Assembly: GCA_963700635.1 (NCBI GenBank)
Contig: CAVOYH010000005.1
Coordinates: forward strand, 64,001-128,000
Direction: 5' to 3'
DNA length: 64,000 nt
Source of the DNA: an uncultured Bacteroidota bacterium
Lineage (GTDB): Bacteria; Bacteroidota; Ignavibacteria; UBA10030; UBA6906
Below the pieces are notes generated by a model, which did no database searches, was not told where the DNA came from, and was given only the letters and a program-made list of their open reading frames with translations. The translations under genes and the position numbers were made by a program. Below are positions 21,945-31,466 of this stretch, piece after piece. Positions within the stretch are counted from its first letter, which is position 1. Every line of letters begins with the position of its first letter.

Positions 21945-24713
21945 ATGAATGCCCTTACATCCCCCGAACTTGCCCGGGTGGTCATAGCCGATGATGAGAG
22001 AATCGTCGCCGCAGATCTTCGCCGACGCGTGATGGCGCTGGGATATACGGTCGTCGGAGTCGTGGGGAGCGGGGAGGAGGCTGTCCGGGTTTCCCTCGAA
22101 CAGCGGCCGGATCTGGTCCTGCTGGACATCGGCATGGAAGGGGCGTACGACGGCATCACTGCAGCGGCGAACATACGTGCAGAAGTGGATGTTCCCGTCA
22201 TCTTCATTACCTCGTACTCGGATAAGGAGACACTCCGACGTGCGAAAGAGATTGGTCCCTTCGGTTATGTCCTGAAGCCGTTTGATGAGCGGGAGCTGGC
22301 CACGACCATCGAAATGGCTCTCTTCCGCCATCACATGGATCAGAAGCTTCGCAGGAGCGAAGAACTGTACCGGACGTTGATCGAGAACACGGGAGAGGGA
22401 ATCGCATTTGTTGATCTGAACGAACAGTTCACATTTGCGAATCCCACGGCCGAACAGATTTTTGGCGTTGAACAGGGGATGTTGCAGGGACGGTGTATCC
22501 GGGAGTTTACGACTCCGGAAGTTTTCCAGGCCATCCGGGAACAAACGAAAACACGCCACGGCGGCGCGCGTGCCAGTTACACCATAAACATTATTCGGGC
22601 CGACGGCGAACCACGCACTCTTTTGATCACTGCCACGCCACAATTTGACGATCGGGGAGTTCTCACCGGCGCCTTCGGGATTTTCCGGGATATTACCGAA
22701 AAACACGAGGCCGAAGAGGCATTACGTGTGAGCGAGCAGCGATTCCGGGATTTGTATGACGACGCACCGGTTGGGTATCACGAAATCGATCGTGACGGCA
22801 TCATCACGCGTGTGAACAAGACAGAACTTGCGATGATGGGCTACACGCTCGAGGAGATGCTCGGCAAACCGGTGTGGGAATTCATTGTTGATCCCGAGGC
22901 CTCCCGTCTTGCCGTGATGCGGAAAATGACCGGCAGGGGCAGTTCCTCCGAGCCGTATGAACGAATCTTCCGGCGAAAAGATCAATCGTGCGTTCCCGTG
23001 CTGATAGAGGATCGTGTGCAGAGGGACACCGAGGGTGTGGTGACCGGAATTCGCTCGACCATGCAGGATATCACTGAGAGGAAGCGTTCCGAGGAAGAAC
23101 TGCGCCAGTACGCGGAAGAACTCCGCCTGGCCAAGGATGCCGCGGAAAAGGCGAACGGGGCGAAGGCGAACTTCCTCGCTGCGATGAGCCATGAGATCCG
23201 CACTCCCATGAACGGCGTTATCGGGATGACGAGTCTGCTGCTCGAAACCCCGTTGACGGAAGAACAACTCGGATATGCTGAAACCATCCGCAATAGCGGC
23301 GAGTCGCTTCTCGGAATTCTGAACGAGATCCTGGACTTCTCCAAGATTGAATCGGGTAAAGTGGATCTTGAACAACAAGCATTCTCGCCCCTTGCGTGCG
23401 TCGAGGAAGCTCTCGACCTCTTCGCCCGGCGGGCGTCAGAAAAGTCTATCGAGCTTATGTGTCACGTGGATCCAGGGGTTCCCGGGATCGTCATCGGGGA
23501 CGAGACGCGCGTGCGCCAGATTCTTGCAAATCTTGTCGGCAATGCAGTGAAGTTCACCGAGAGTGGAGAGATTCTGGTTACCGTGGTGGCGAACAGCATC
23601 GACGGAGGATTGGTCGAGATTCTGATTGCGGTGAAGGATACCGGGATAGGCATCTCGTCTGAATCCATGGAAAATCTTTTTACTCCTTTTACTCAGGCAG
23701 ACGTATCCATAGCGCGCCGATTCGGTGGAACGGGATTAGGTCTGGCTATCTGTAAACGGCTTGTGGAGTTGATGGAAGGACGAATCTGGGTGGAGAGTAC
23801 TGACGGCGTCGGGTCAGTCTTCTATGTCACTCTGCGTGTCCCCATCGGCGCGATGGACGAACATTCAGGGGTTGGTGCAGGCGACTCTCTCTCCGGAAAG
23901 AGGGTGCTTGTTCTCGACGATAATAAAACCAGTGGGATGCTGTTGTCCCGGTTTTGTGAGGCGGAGGGGATGGAATCGCGGTTCATCCTGAGGCCGGAAG
24001 AAGCGCTGTCACTTCTTGCGTCAGGGGCAATATTTGACGTTGCCCTGGTGGATTTGCTCATGCCCGGCATGGATGGAGTGGAGTTTGCACGTCGTGCGCG
24101 CGCTCATTCCGGACACGGGGGGCTGCCCATGATCCTGCTTTCTTCCGGGAGCAGGTATAACGGAGAAAGTGAATATCTCGGGAGCTTGTTTTGCGGTCAG
24201 GCACTAAAGCCCGTCAAGCGCTCACAACTCAAGAAGCTTCTGCTGTCCGCGCTGGGCGGCAAGCAAGGTCTCGCCCGGATTCTGAGTACGGTTACGCTCG
24301 ACGCAACACTGGCAAGCCGGTTGCCGTTGCGCATCCTCATAGCCGAGGACAACCCCATCAATCAAGCCCTTGGCATCGCCATCCTCAAACGAATGGGATA
24401 TCGGGCCGATGTCGCTGCTGACGGCCAGGAGGTTCTGGATGCTCTCGCGCGGCAGCCGTATGACCTTATCTTTATGGACGTGCAAATGCCGGTGATGGAC
24501 GGCCTGGAGGCAACCCGGCGGATCATTGCGTCAACACCAGACGAACTGCGTCCCCGTATCATTGCAGTTACGGCCAATGTTATGCAGGGTGACAAGGAGC
24601 GATGTGTCCAGTCGGGTATGGACGACTACATCAGCAAACCTGTAAAACTCGAAGAAATACAGGCCATGGTGGAAAAACACGGTGCCTGCGTGGTGACCCG
24701 AACCGGTGCGTGA
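21945..24713 (+). CDS. Cytoplasmic hybrid histidine kinase REC-PAS-PAS-HisKA-HATPase-REC-REC
   Basis: N-terminal REC (ADDERIVA, LLDI), two PAS/PAC domains ending in [23 protein letters not shown], two C-terminal REC domains; no TM segments. Confidence 0.92.
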   Translation: MNALTSPELARVVIADDERIVAADLRRRVMALGYTVVGVVGSGEEAVRVSLEQRPDLVLLDIGMEGAYDGITAAANIRAEVDVPVIFITSYSDKETLRRAKEIGPFGYVLKPFDERELATTIEMALFRHHMDQKLRRSEELYRTLIENTGEGIAFVDLNEQFTFANPTAEQIFGVEQGMLQGRCIREFTTPEVFQAIREQTKTRHGGARASYTINIIRADGEPRTLLITATPQFDDRGVLTGAFGIFRDITEKHEAEEALRVSEQRFRDLYDDAPVGYHEIDRDGIITRVNKTELAMMGYTLEEMLGKPVWEFIVDPEASRLAVMRKMTGRGSSSEPYERIFRRKDQSCVPVLIEDRVQRDTEGVVTGIRSTMQDITERKRSEEELRQYAEELRLAKDAAEKANGAKANFLAAMSHEIRTPMNGVIGMTSLLLETPLTEEQLGYAETIRNSGESLLGILNEILDFSKIESGKVDLEQQAFSPLACVEEALDLFARRASEKSIELMCHVDPGVPGIVIGDETRVRQILANLVGNAVKFTESGEILVTVVANSIDGGLVEILIAVKDTGIGISSESMENLFTPFTQADVSIARRFGGTGLGLAICKRLVELMEGRIWVESTDGVGSVFYVTLRVPIGAMDEHSGVGAGDSLSGKRVLVLDDNKTSGMLLSRFCEAEGMESRFILRPEEALSLLASGAIFDVALVDLLMPGMDGVEFARRARAHSGHGGLPMILLSSGSRYNGESEYLGSLFCGQALKPVKRSQLKKLLLSALGGKQGLARILSTVTLDATLASRLPLRILIAEDNPINQALGIAILKRMGYRADVAADGQEVLDALARQPYDLIFMDVQMPVMDGLEATRRIIASTPDELRPRIIAVTANVMQGDKERCVQSGMDDYISKPVKLEEIQAMVEKHGACVVTRTGA

Positions 24714-24770
24714 CTTTTATGCTGGATTCCTGTATATTCCAGCGATCGTTTCTCAGGGAGGTTGTCTGCA

Positions 24771-25307
24771 ATGACCGATTTCCGCGCACGAGTGTTCGGC
24801 TATCGCCGCAAGCATTCACAAGACGAAGCCCTCCGGGCTGTTCTCAAAAAGATCCCTGTCTTTGAAGGTTTCTCCTCGCGCGAACTCGGCGCTCTCGAAC
24901 GTGTCCTCCACAGACGGGAATATCTTCCAGAAGAAGTGATCATCCGGCAGGATGAACCGGGTCTCGGCATGTACATCATTCAGTCAGGCGAGGCCGTCGT
25001 CATCTCGGGACGTGATAATGTGCAGCTGTCGCGGCTCTCGAACGGTGATTTTTTTGGGGAAGTCTCACTTCTGGACGAAACCCCCAGGTCCGCTACCGTC
25101 GTGGCAAAAACACACTGCCACATCCTTGGTTTTTTTCAGTCCGATCTGTTCGCCCTGATGGAGCGCAATCCCCGTTTCGGGGTGAAGATTGTTATCCGGG
25201 TGGCAAAGATCATCGGCGATCGTTTACGCAAGGCCAATCAGCAGGTCCTAGCGCTCAATGAGCAGCTCTCTGCGGCCCTTCAAAAAAGTCCGGGATCTCC
25301 ATTGTGA
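24771..25307 (+). CDS. Stand-alone cyclic-nucleotide-binding domain protein
   Basis: IIRQDEPG, FFGEVSLLDETPRSATV phosphate-binding cassette; no HTH domain. Confidence 0.85.
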   Translation: MTDFRARVFGYRRKHSQDEALRAVLKKIPVFEGFSSRELGALERVLHRREYLPEEVIIRQDEPGLGMYIIQSGEAVVISGRDNVQLSRLSNGDFFGEVSLLDETPRSATVVAKTHCHILGFFQSDLFALMERNPRFGVKIVIRVAKIIGDRLRKANQQVLALNEQLSAALQKSPGSPL

Positions 25308-26347
25308 TGAATATGCCCGCCGGTCGCCCCTCCCGTGAGCTGATTCCACTCCTCGTCACCATCGTCGTCGCGGTGTTCCTTCTTTTTGTCGGTGGCGCTG
25401 CCCAGGTTGTGATTCTGTCGCTCCTCCTTGCCTACATCCTCGACCCTCTTGCCACGGCACTGGAGGCAAGGGGAATGAGCCGGACGCTTGCTGTTATCCT
25501 GCTCGTGCTCTTTCTCCTGTGCGCAGTCGTGGGAACGGGCTTTGTTCTGGTGCCAGTCGTCTTCGAGCAGATGCAGGGGCTTCAATCGGGGACGACAACG
25601 GGGCAGGCCGCTGAGGCCATCAAAGGGATTGAACTCTCATTGAAAACCCAATTCGGTTTTCTCGGACTGGATGATCTGGATCTGCTTGCCCGGATTGCCG
25701 ATGTCAAGAAGATGATAGGGGAGCGGATGTTCGCGTTCCTTCTGAGTGATTCACTTACGCTCATCATTAACCTTGTCACGATCCCGTTTATGATGTTCTT
25801 CTTCCTGAGAGATGGAAGAGAGATGAAGAAGACACTTGTGAGCATGGTGCCGAACCGCTACTTCGAATTCACCCTCGATTTGTTGTACAAAATGGATGCT
25901 CAGCTGGGGAACTATCTGCGCGGACAGTTTTTTGATGCCCTCGTCTTCGGCGTCATGTCGGTGGTCGCACTCTGGTATCTCGGCGTGCCCTATTTTGTGT
26001 TTCTCGGTGTGTTTGCCGGACTCGCCAATCTTATCCCCTATGTTGGTCCGATCGCGGGCGTTATACCCGCAGTCGCTGTTGCGATCCTCGGAAGCGGCGA
26101 TCTGGGCAGCGCCCTTCCGGTGGTCGTCGCGTACTTTGGTTTGAAGCTTGTGGACGACTTTGTGGTGTCCCCCTATGTTGTCGCGTCCAGTGTCGAGATG
26201 CATCCTGTTCTGGTGCTGATTGCTATTATGGTGGGGGGGGAGTTATTCGGGATCCTGGGAATGCTGCTCGGCGTTCCGGTAGCAGGCTTCTTCAAGGTTG
26301 TTCTCAAAGAGGGGATCAGTACCTACCGCAAATACCGGTTCACCTGA
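25304..26347 (+). CDS. AI-2E family transporter
   Basis: LAYILDP, FFFLRDG, YLRGQ, NLIPYVGP, MHPVLV, GILGMLLGVP. Confidence 0.88.
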   Translation: MMNMPAGRPSRELIPLLVTIVVAVFLLFVGGAAQVVILSLLLAYILDPLATALEARGMSRTLAVILLVLFLLCAVVGTGFVLVPVVFEQMQGLQSGTTTGQAAEAIKGIELSLKTQFGFLGLDDLDLLARIADVKKMIGERMFAFLLSDSLTLIINLVTIPFMMFFFLRDGREMKKTLVSMVPNRYFEFTLDLLYKMDAQLGNYLRGQFFDALVFGVMSVVALWYLGVPYFVFLGVFAGLANLIPYVGPIAGVIPAVAVAILGSGDLGSALPVVVAYFGLKLVDDFVVSPYVVASSVEMHPVLVLIAIMVGGELFGILGMLLGVPVAGFFKVVLKEGISTYRKYRFT

Positions 26348-26355
26348 GAGGTGCC

Positions 26356-27876
26356 ATGTTTCGTGGATTGTTCCGCACCAAGAGTCTGGATCACATTCTG
26401 CGTGAAGCGGAGAATCCGGACAAACAGCTTCGCCGCACCCTTGGTCCCTATGATGTTGTCTTGCTCGGTATCGGGGCGATTATCGGCTCGGGTATCTTTG
26501 CAACGATCGGCACGGCAGTCGCCGGTGATGCGCTCCGGCCCGGCGCCGGACCCGCCATCATCCTCTCATTCGCGCTGACTGCCGTTGCGTGTGCATTCTG
26601 CGGGCTGTGTTACGCTGAATTTGCCTCCCTGGTCCCCATCTCCGGCAGCGCTTACACCTACTCTTATGCCACATTGGGTGAACTGGTAGCGTGGATTATT
26701 GGATGGGACCTTATTATCGAGTATGCGGTGGGGAATGTCGCGGTGGCGATCGCATGGGCGGCGTACTTCCATCAACTGTGTGATGGACTCGGATGGCATA
26801 TCCCCGCCTGGCTCTCCGTGGATTATCGATCTGCCGTGCAGGCGGCTGAGGCAGCGGCTGGCGCTGCGGGCCAGGTCGATCCTTCAATGATCCTCCCCTA
26901 TGAGGCATGGCAGCATCATCCCGAGTTCCTGGGTATTCCTGTCATCTTCAACGCCCTGGCAGTCGGTATTGTGGCTGTTATTACATGGCTGCTGATCATC
27001 GGTGTTAAAGAGTCGATACGTGTGAACAACATCATGGTGATCATCAAACTCTGTATCCTGGGGTTCTTCATCTACGCGGGGGCGCAGTATGTGAAGCCAG
27101 AACACTGGACTCCGTTTATGCCCAACGGGTTTTCGGGTGTGTGGGTTGGCGCCAGTCTTATCTTCTTTGCCTACATCGGCTTTGATGCCATTTCAACGTC
27201 TGCGGAAGAGTGTCGCAAGCCCGCGCGGGATCTGCCCATCGGCATCATCGGGTCGCTGATCGTGTGCACGGTCATCTACATTGCTGTCGCGGTAGTGTTG
27301 ACCGGCATGGTGCCGTGGCAACATCTTGGTGTGGCCGACCCTCTCGCAGCTGCTTTCGCGTACGTGAACGCGGACATTTCTGCCGGGATTGTGGCGCTGG
27401 GTGCGGTAGTTTCCATGACGGCAGTCTTGCTCGTCTTCCAATACGGCCAGCCCAGAATTTTCTTTGCGATGTCCAGGGACGGTCTCCTTCCCGCCTATTT
27501 CTCAAAGGTCCATCCCCGGTACAAGACGCCTCACATCACCACATTCTGGACCGGTGTTGGTGTGGCAGCCGTCTCAGCGATAGCGAACATCAATGAGATT
27601 GTGGAGTTGACCAACATCGGAACCTTGTTTGCTTTTGTCCTGGTCTGTGTGGGTGTGATCATCCTGCGATACAAGGAGCCCGATCGGCCACGTGCATTCC
27701 GTACTCCGCTTGTCCCGCTCGTGCCGCTGCTCGGTATTGCCAGCTGCCTGTATCTGATGGCAGGGCTTCCGTGGATAACCTGGGCGCGGTTTGCGGGATG
27801 GCTGGCAATCGGACTGGTGATCTACCTGCTGTTCGGCTGGCGCCGCAGCAAGCTTGCGAACGAAAAGGACCAGTGA
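26356..27876 (+). CDS. APC superfamily amino acid permease (cationic amino acid transporter-like)
   Basis: LGIGAIIGSGIF, CYAEFAS, GSAYTY, FFAYIGFDAIST, PRIFFAMSRDGLLP. Confidence 0.92.
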   Translation: MFRGLFRTKSLDHILREAENPDKQLRRTLGPYDVVLLGIGAIIGSGIFATIGTAVAGDALRPGAGPAIILSFALTAVACAFCGLCYAEFASLVPISGSAYTYSYATLGELVAWIIGWDLIIEYAVGNVAVAIAWAAYFHQLCDGLGWHIPAWLSVDYRSAVQAAEAAAGAAGQVDPSMILPYEAWQHHPEFLGIPVIFNALAVGIVAVITWLLIIGVKESIRVNNIMVIIKLCILGFFIYAGAQYVKPEHWTPFMPNGFSGVWVGASLIFFAYIGFDAISTSAEECRKPARDLPIGIIGSLIVCTVIYIAVAVVLTGMVPWQHLGVADPLAAAFAYVNADISAGIVALGAVVSMTAVLLVFQYGQPRIFFAMSRDGLLPAYFSKVHPRYKTPHITTFWTGVGVAAVSAIANINEIVELTNIGTLFAFVLVCVGVIILRYKEPDRPRAFRTPLVPLVPLLGIASCLYLMAGLPWITWARFAGWLAIGLVIYLLFGWRRSKLANEKDQ

Positions 27877-27915
27877 TTTCTGTTTTGCGCGGGAGAGAGC
27901 GGCGGGGGGTGAGCG

Positions 27916-28305
27916 TTACAGGAGTGATTCGCGGAGATGTGCTTCGTTGCGTGCGCCGACCATAACGTCCAGGATCTTGCCGTCCTCAACAATGACCGTT
28001 GTTGGCGTGGCCATCACGCCAAAAGCGCGCGCTGCGTCAAAGTGCTCGGACACATCCACTTTGAAAATGTTCAGGTACTCTTCCTGCAGACGGTCGATGA
28101 CCGGCGTTTGCGAGCGGCAGGCCGAGCAGGAGGGGGTGTAAAAGTACGCCAGCACGCGGTCGCCGGAGGCGATCGCGTCACCCAGTGGACCACCTATTTT
28201 CTGAATCCTGCGCCCCCGCTGCCGTCGTGCCCGCACTCCAATCGTGATCTGCAGGAGAATCATAAGTCCTGCAAAGATGCCGAGGACGATGGCCAGCGTT
28301 GTCAT
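27916..28305 (-). CDS. Membrane-anchored thioredoxin-family protein (CSAC)
   Basis: N-terminal TM helix; YFYTPSCSAC, FGVMATPT; start overlaps the upstream gene stop. Confidence 0.82.
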   Translation of the reverse strand: MTTLAIVLGIFAGLMILLQITIGVRARRQRGRRIQKIGGPLGDAIASGDRVLAYFYTPSCSACRSQTPVIDRLQEEYLNIFKVDVSEHFDAARAFGVMATPTTVIVEDGKILDVMVGARNEAHLRESLL

Positions 28306-28487
28306 TTCCGCGATCCTGTGGTGAGCACAATCCCGATCAGCGCGCCATAGGCAGTGCTGATGTACGGGTTTGCAGTGATCGGGCATGCACCCCCCGCGCA
28401 CCCGATAAAGTAATAATACGCAAATCCGCCCGCGCTTCCAAGAGCCAGTGCGGCCGATCGTTTAACCCAGATGTTCCATCCTCTCAT
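28302..28487 (-). CDS. Small membrane protein, DUF6132-like
   Basis: GGFAYYYFIGCAGGACPITANPYISTAYGALIG signature; GAGGAG RBS. Confidence 0.75.
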   Translation of the reverse strand: MRGWNIWVKRSAALALGSAGGFAYYYFIGCAGGACPITANPYISTAYGALIGIVLTTGSRK

Positions 28488-28535
28488 GACCTGACTCCTC
28501 TTAGCGCGGTACGTGGAAATGCCGGATATACCCGG

Positions 28536-28745
28536 CTATTTTGATTCCTTTGCGCGCGTGGAGAACTTCAGGGGGATGTACGCCGGGCAGACGCTCACGG
28601 CACTTGTAAGAAGGAGCCCCGCAGCCACAATGCCGAGGAGAAGAGCCAGAGTACCTTCCACCTGTCCGGTAAGGATAAGCACGGCAAAAACGAGGGCGAC
28701 GAGTGTTCTGATGAATCGGTCGGTTGAACCCATATTCTTTATCAT
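28536..28745 (-). CDS. DUF2892 (YgaP-like) membrane protein
   Basis: KNMGSTDRFIR...two TM helices...CPAYIPLKFST. Confidence 0.85.
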   Translation of the reverse strand: MIKNMGSTDRFIRTLVALVFAVLILTGQVEGTLALLLGIVAAGLLLTSAVSVCPAYIPLKFSTRAKESK

Positions 28746-28815
28746 GATGATGTTCCTTAGGTTGAAAAATGGATACTCTGTATACGGATACGATGCATGC
28801 CGACCCCAGAAAGGG

Positions 28816-29091
28816 TCAGCGTTTCTTGATCGTGCGCCTTCTCCGCGTACTTGGCGGAGACGCGGGGGCAGTGAGCGTTGAAATGGTCTTGAATAATTCC
28901 CTGTGCGTTCCCGCCGGGACAGACGGTTCGGGGATCGCCCGATACAGGGTGATCGTCCTCTTCAGCGAATGGAGATACGCCCTGCATGAGGGGCAAGCAT
29001 CCAGATGCTGTTTGATCTGCCGGCATCGGGGTGACCCGATGTCTTCATCCAGATGATCGCAGATATGGAGGTACACCTTGTCGCAATTCAT
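28816..29091 (-). CDS. Zinc-binding anti-sigma factor (zf-HC2/ZAS)
   Basis: MNC...HLDACPSC (HxxxCxxC); coupled to the sigma gene by an ATGA overlap. Confidence 0.85.
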   Translation of the reverse strand: MNCDKVYLHICDHLDEDIGSPRCRQIKQHLDACPSCRAYLHSLKRTITLYRAIPEPSVPAGTHRELFKTISTLTAPASPPSTRRRRTIKKR

Positions 29092-29711
29092 GTCATAAGT
29101 TCCGGATGAGCGCTGATATAGGGGTGCAACTGATCGCGAAGAAAGGCGCGCGCGCGGCGGAGACGAGATTTTGTCGCCTCAATCGACAAGCCAAGCACGC
29201 CCGAGGTCTCCTCGTTTGACCGGCCTTCGATGTCGCGCATCACAAATACCACCCGGTAATCTTCCGGCAATTTGCCGATCGCCGTTTCAAGGATTTCACG
29301 AAGTTCCTTGCTCATGACGACCTCTGCCGGCGTTCCCTCGGTGCTGGCCAGAGACGGACGCGGGTTCTGTGTGTGCGACGGATGCGCATGGTCATACGCC
29401 TCAAGAGATTCTTCCAGCTCATCGCTTTTTCTTTTTCTGCGCTTCATCAGGCAGTTGTTGGTTACGATGGCATAAAGCCACGTGCTGAACTTGGCCTTAC
29501 CATCAAAGGAGTCTAATTTCCGGAACACATTGATAAAGGTGTCCTGGAGCGTCTCTGAGGCTTTCTGACGGTCTCTGCAGATTTTGAACGCGAACCTGTA
29601 GACAGTTTCCTCATAACGCCGGACCAGCTCGGTGAAGGCCTGATTGTCACCGGTTCTGGCCTGGGCGATCAGGGCGTCATCCGGCAAAAGCCTCGGAATG
29701 CGTTGATTCAA
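29088..29711 (-). CDS. ECF sigma-70 factor
   Basis: AFTELVRRY, LQDTF, KFSTWLYAI, LPEDYRVVFVMRDIEG, KSRLRRAR. Confidence 0.93.
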   Translation of the reverse strand: MNQRIPRLLPDDALIAQARTGDNQAFTELVRRYEETVYRFAFKICRDRQKASETLQDTFINVFRKLDSFDGKAKFSTWLYAIVTNNCLMKRRKRKSDELEESLEAYDHAHPSHTQNPRPSLASTEGTPAEVVMSKELREILETAIGKLPEDYRVVFVMRDIEGRSNEETSGVLGLSIEATKSRLRRARAFLRDQLHPYISAHPELMT

Positions 29712-29866
29712 TGGTGAGATGCTCTTTCCCAGGGAGAAGTGTCAGGTATTGCTTGCCATAACGTAGTAAAACCCGAGCGGACCCGCAAGTTTGAAGTTTG
29801 TTCCTGCAATCCGTATCTTAAAATCGGGATTGTTCTCATAAATAGGGTCATTGGAGCGAGGACCTG

Positions 29867-31433
29867 ATGAAGGACATGATGGGCGCTGCACTCCTGGGTG
29901 AGCTGATCGCACAGCTTTCCCGGAGCACTGCTCTCCGGCGGGCTTTTAGTGAAGTGCCTCCGGGGGATGCCGAGACCGTCGTCTCCCGTATTGTCCGCGA
30001 GGTTGAACACCTTGCCGGATCCCGGCTGCCGGAGCATTCAGTTCAGCCGGCCCCCGCACCCCAGACCAGGCAACCCGAGCCAGTTCCGCAGCCGCTTTCG
30101 CCTCCCGGAGACCAGACCGTTGGAGCCAAAGCCGCAACCCGTTTCCGCACCCCAGGCCAGGCAACCCGAGCCAGTTCCGCAGCCGTTGTCTCCACCGGCG
30201 GCCAGACCGTTAGAACCAAAGCCGCAACCCGTTTCCGCACCCCAGGCCAGGCAACCCGAGCCAGTTCCGCAGCCGTTGTCTCCACCGGCGGCCAGTCCGT
30301 TAGAGCCAAAGCCGCAACCCGTTTCCGCGCCCCAGGCCAGGCAACCCGAGCCGGTTCCGCAGCCGTTGTCTCCACCGGCGGCCAGACCGTTAGAACCAAA
30401 GCCGCAACCCGTTTCCGCGCCCCAGGCCAGGCAACCCGAGCCAGTTCCGCAGCCGTTGTCTCCACCGGCGGCCAGACCGTTAGAACCAAAGCCGCAACCC
30501 GTTTCCGCACCCCAGGCCAGGCAACCCGAGCCGGTTCCGCAGCCGTTGTCTCCACCGGCGGCCAGACCGTTAGAGCCAAAGCCGCAACCCGTTTCCGCAC
30601 CCCAGCCCCGGTACGCCCCTTTCTCGTTTGAGGAGGAACGCGCGCACGTGCTGGCAGCCTCTCTTATCCCCCTGCATGAATCCCCGTATTCAACTCCGAT
30701 CGCTCTCGGGGGATCCGGATTTGACGAGGGGACGCAGCTCTTCGCCATCGATCATGCGGGAATGCGTTTTTACATGAGCGCGCTCAAGAACCAGGATTCA
30801 AGCGTGAGCAAAGCAGGCATGTTGCTTCTGAACAAACAGGACGCTTTGCGGCATCGCGGACGGCATGAGCGCATGATCAATACTCTCCGCCTGCGCAGTT
30901 TGATCCTCCCGGCCGAATCGGGAACCATCGTGCGCGGCAAGGATGACCTCGTGCGCCGGATAGACTTCCGTCTGAACGCACTGCTCGAAATCTTGCTCGG
31001 GTTGACCAGGAATACAACATGGCGGATGCAGGTTGGCGTACTGGACAGCCGGATCCAGCACGTGTATCCATCCGATACAGCTCCGGTGCGGCCGGATCGG
31101 CAGAATGCCGAACGGGGGCGCGGATCCACGGGTCAGAAACGAACAGACACCAAGACCCTCGACAGGTTGTTAACGCGTGAAAAAAAATTGGCTGAAACAA
31201 TCCTCCACTCGATTTCCACCGCAGCGGAAAGCCACGAAGTAGAATACCTGATAGGACTTGCCGGAGGTTCTTCCGATAGCTGGAAAGTGATTCTCAAAGC
31301 GGTGTTTCATGTGCCGCTGGCGCGTTACCCGCACTTTATGAAAGCAGTTGTAGAGTGTCAGGAACTGCACGCCATGGTTGAACCCATGCTCCAGCTTGCC
31401 GGCGGTACGGAGAGTTTTTCTTTGTCCATGTAA
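29867..31433 (+). CDS. Proline-rich repeat protein with C-terminal GvpL/GvpF-like domain; +1 frameshift at about 30104-30106
   Basis: N-terminus in ORF 29867 (GAGG RBS) joins ORF 29949 if one C is removed; C-terminal HERMI...ILPAESGTIV...L..L....WRMQV resembles GvpF/L HERV..VLP.RFGT...EWGVKV. Confidence 0.6.
30056..30605 (+). repeat. Coding tandem repeat, 6 x 90 bp (APQARQPEPVPQPLSPPAARPLEPKPQPVS)
   Basis: Units start at 30056, 30147, 30237, 30327, 30417, 30507, with a partial unit at 30597; units 2-6 are nearly identical, unit 1 is diverged and 91 bp long. Confidence 0.95.
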
Positions 31434-31466
31434 TCGTGTATCCTCTATCATATCCAGGAGAGTCCC

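Noticed and set aside
30056-30605. Possible CRISPR array
   Set aside because: Contiguous 90-bp in-frame units with no unique spacers and no cas genes; it is a coding tandem repeat
30038-30748. Minus-strand Cys/Gly repeat ORF (GAETGCGFGSNG...) resembling a RiPP precursor or metallothionein
   Set aside because: Antisense shadow of the Pro-rich repeat; no RBS and no modifying enzymes nearby
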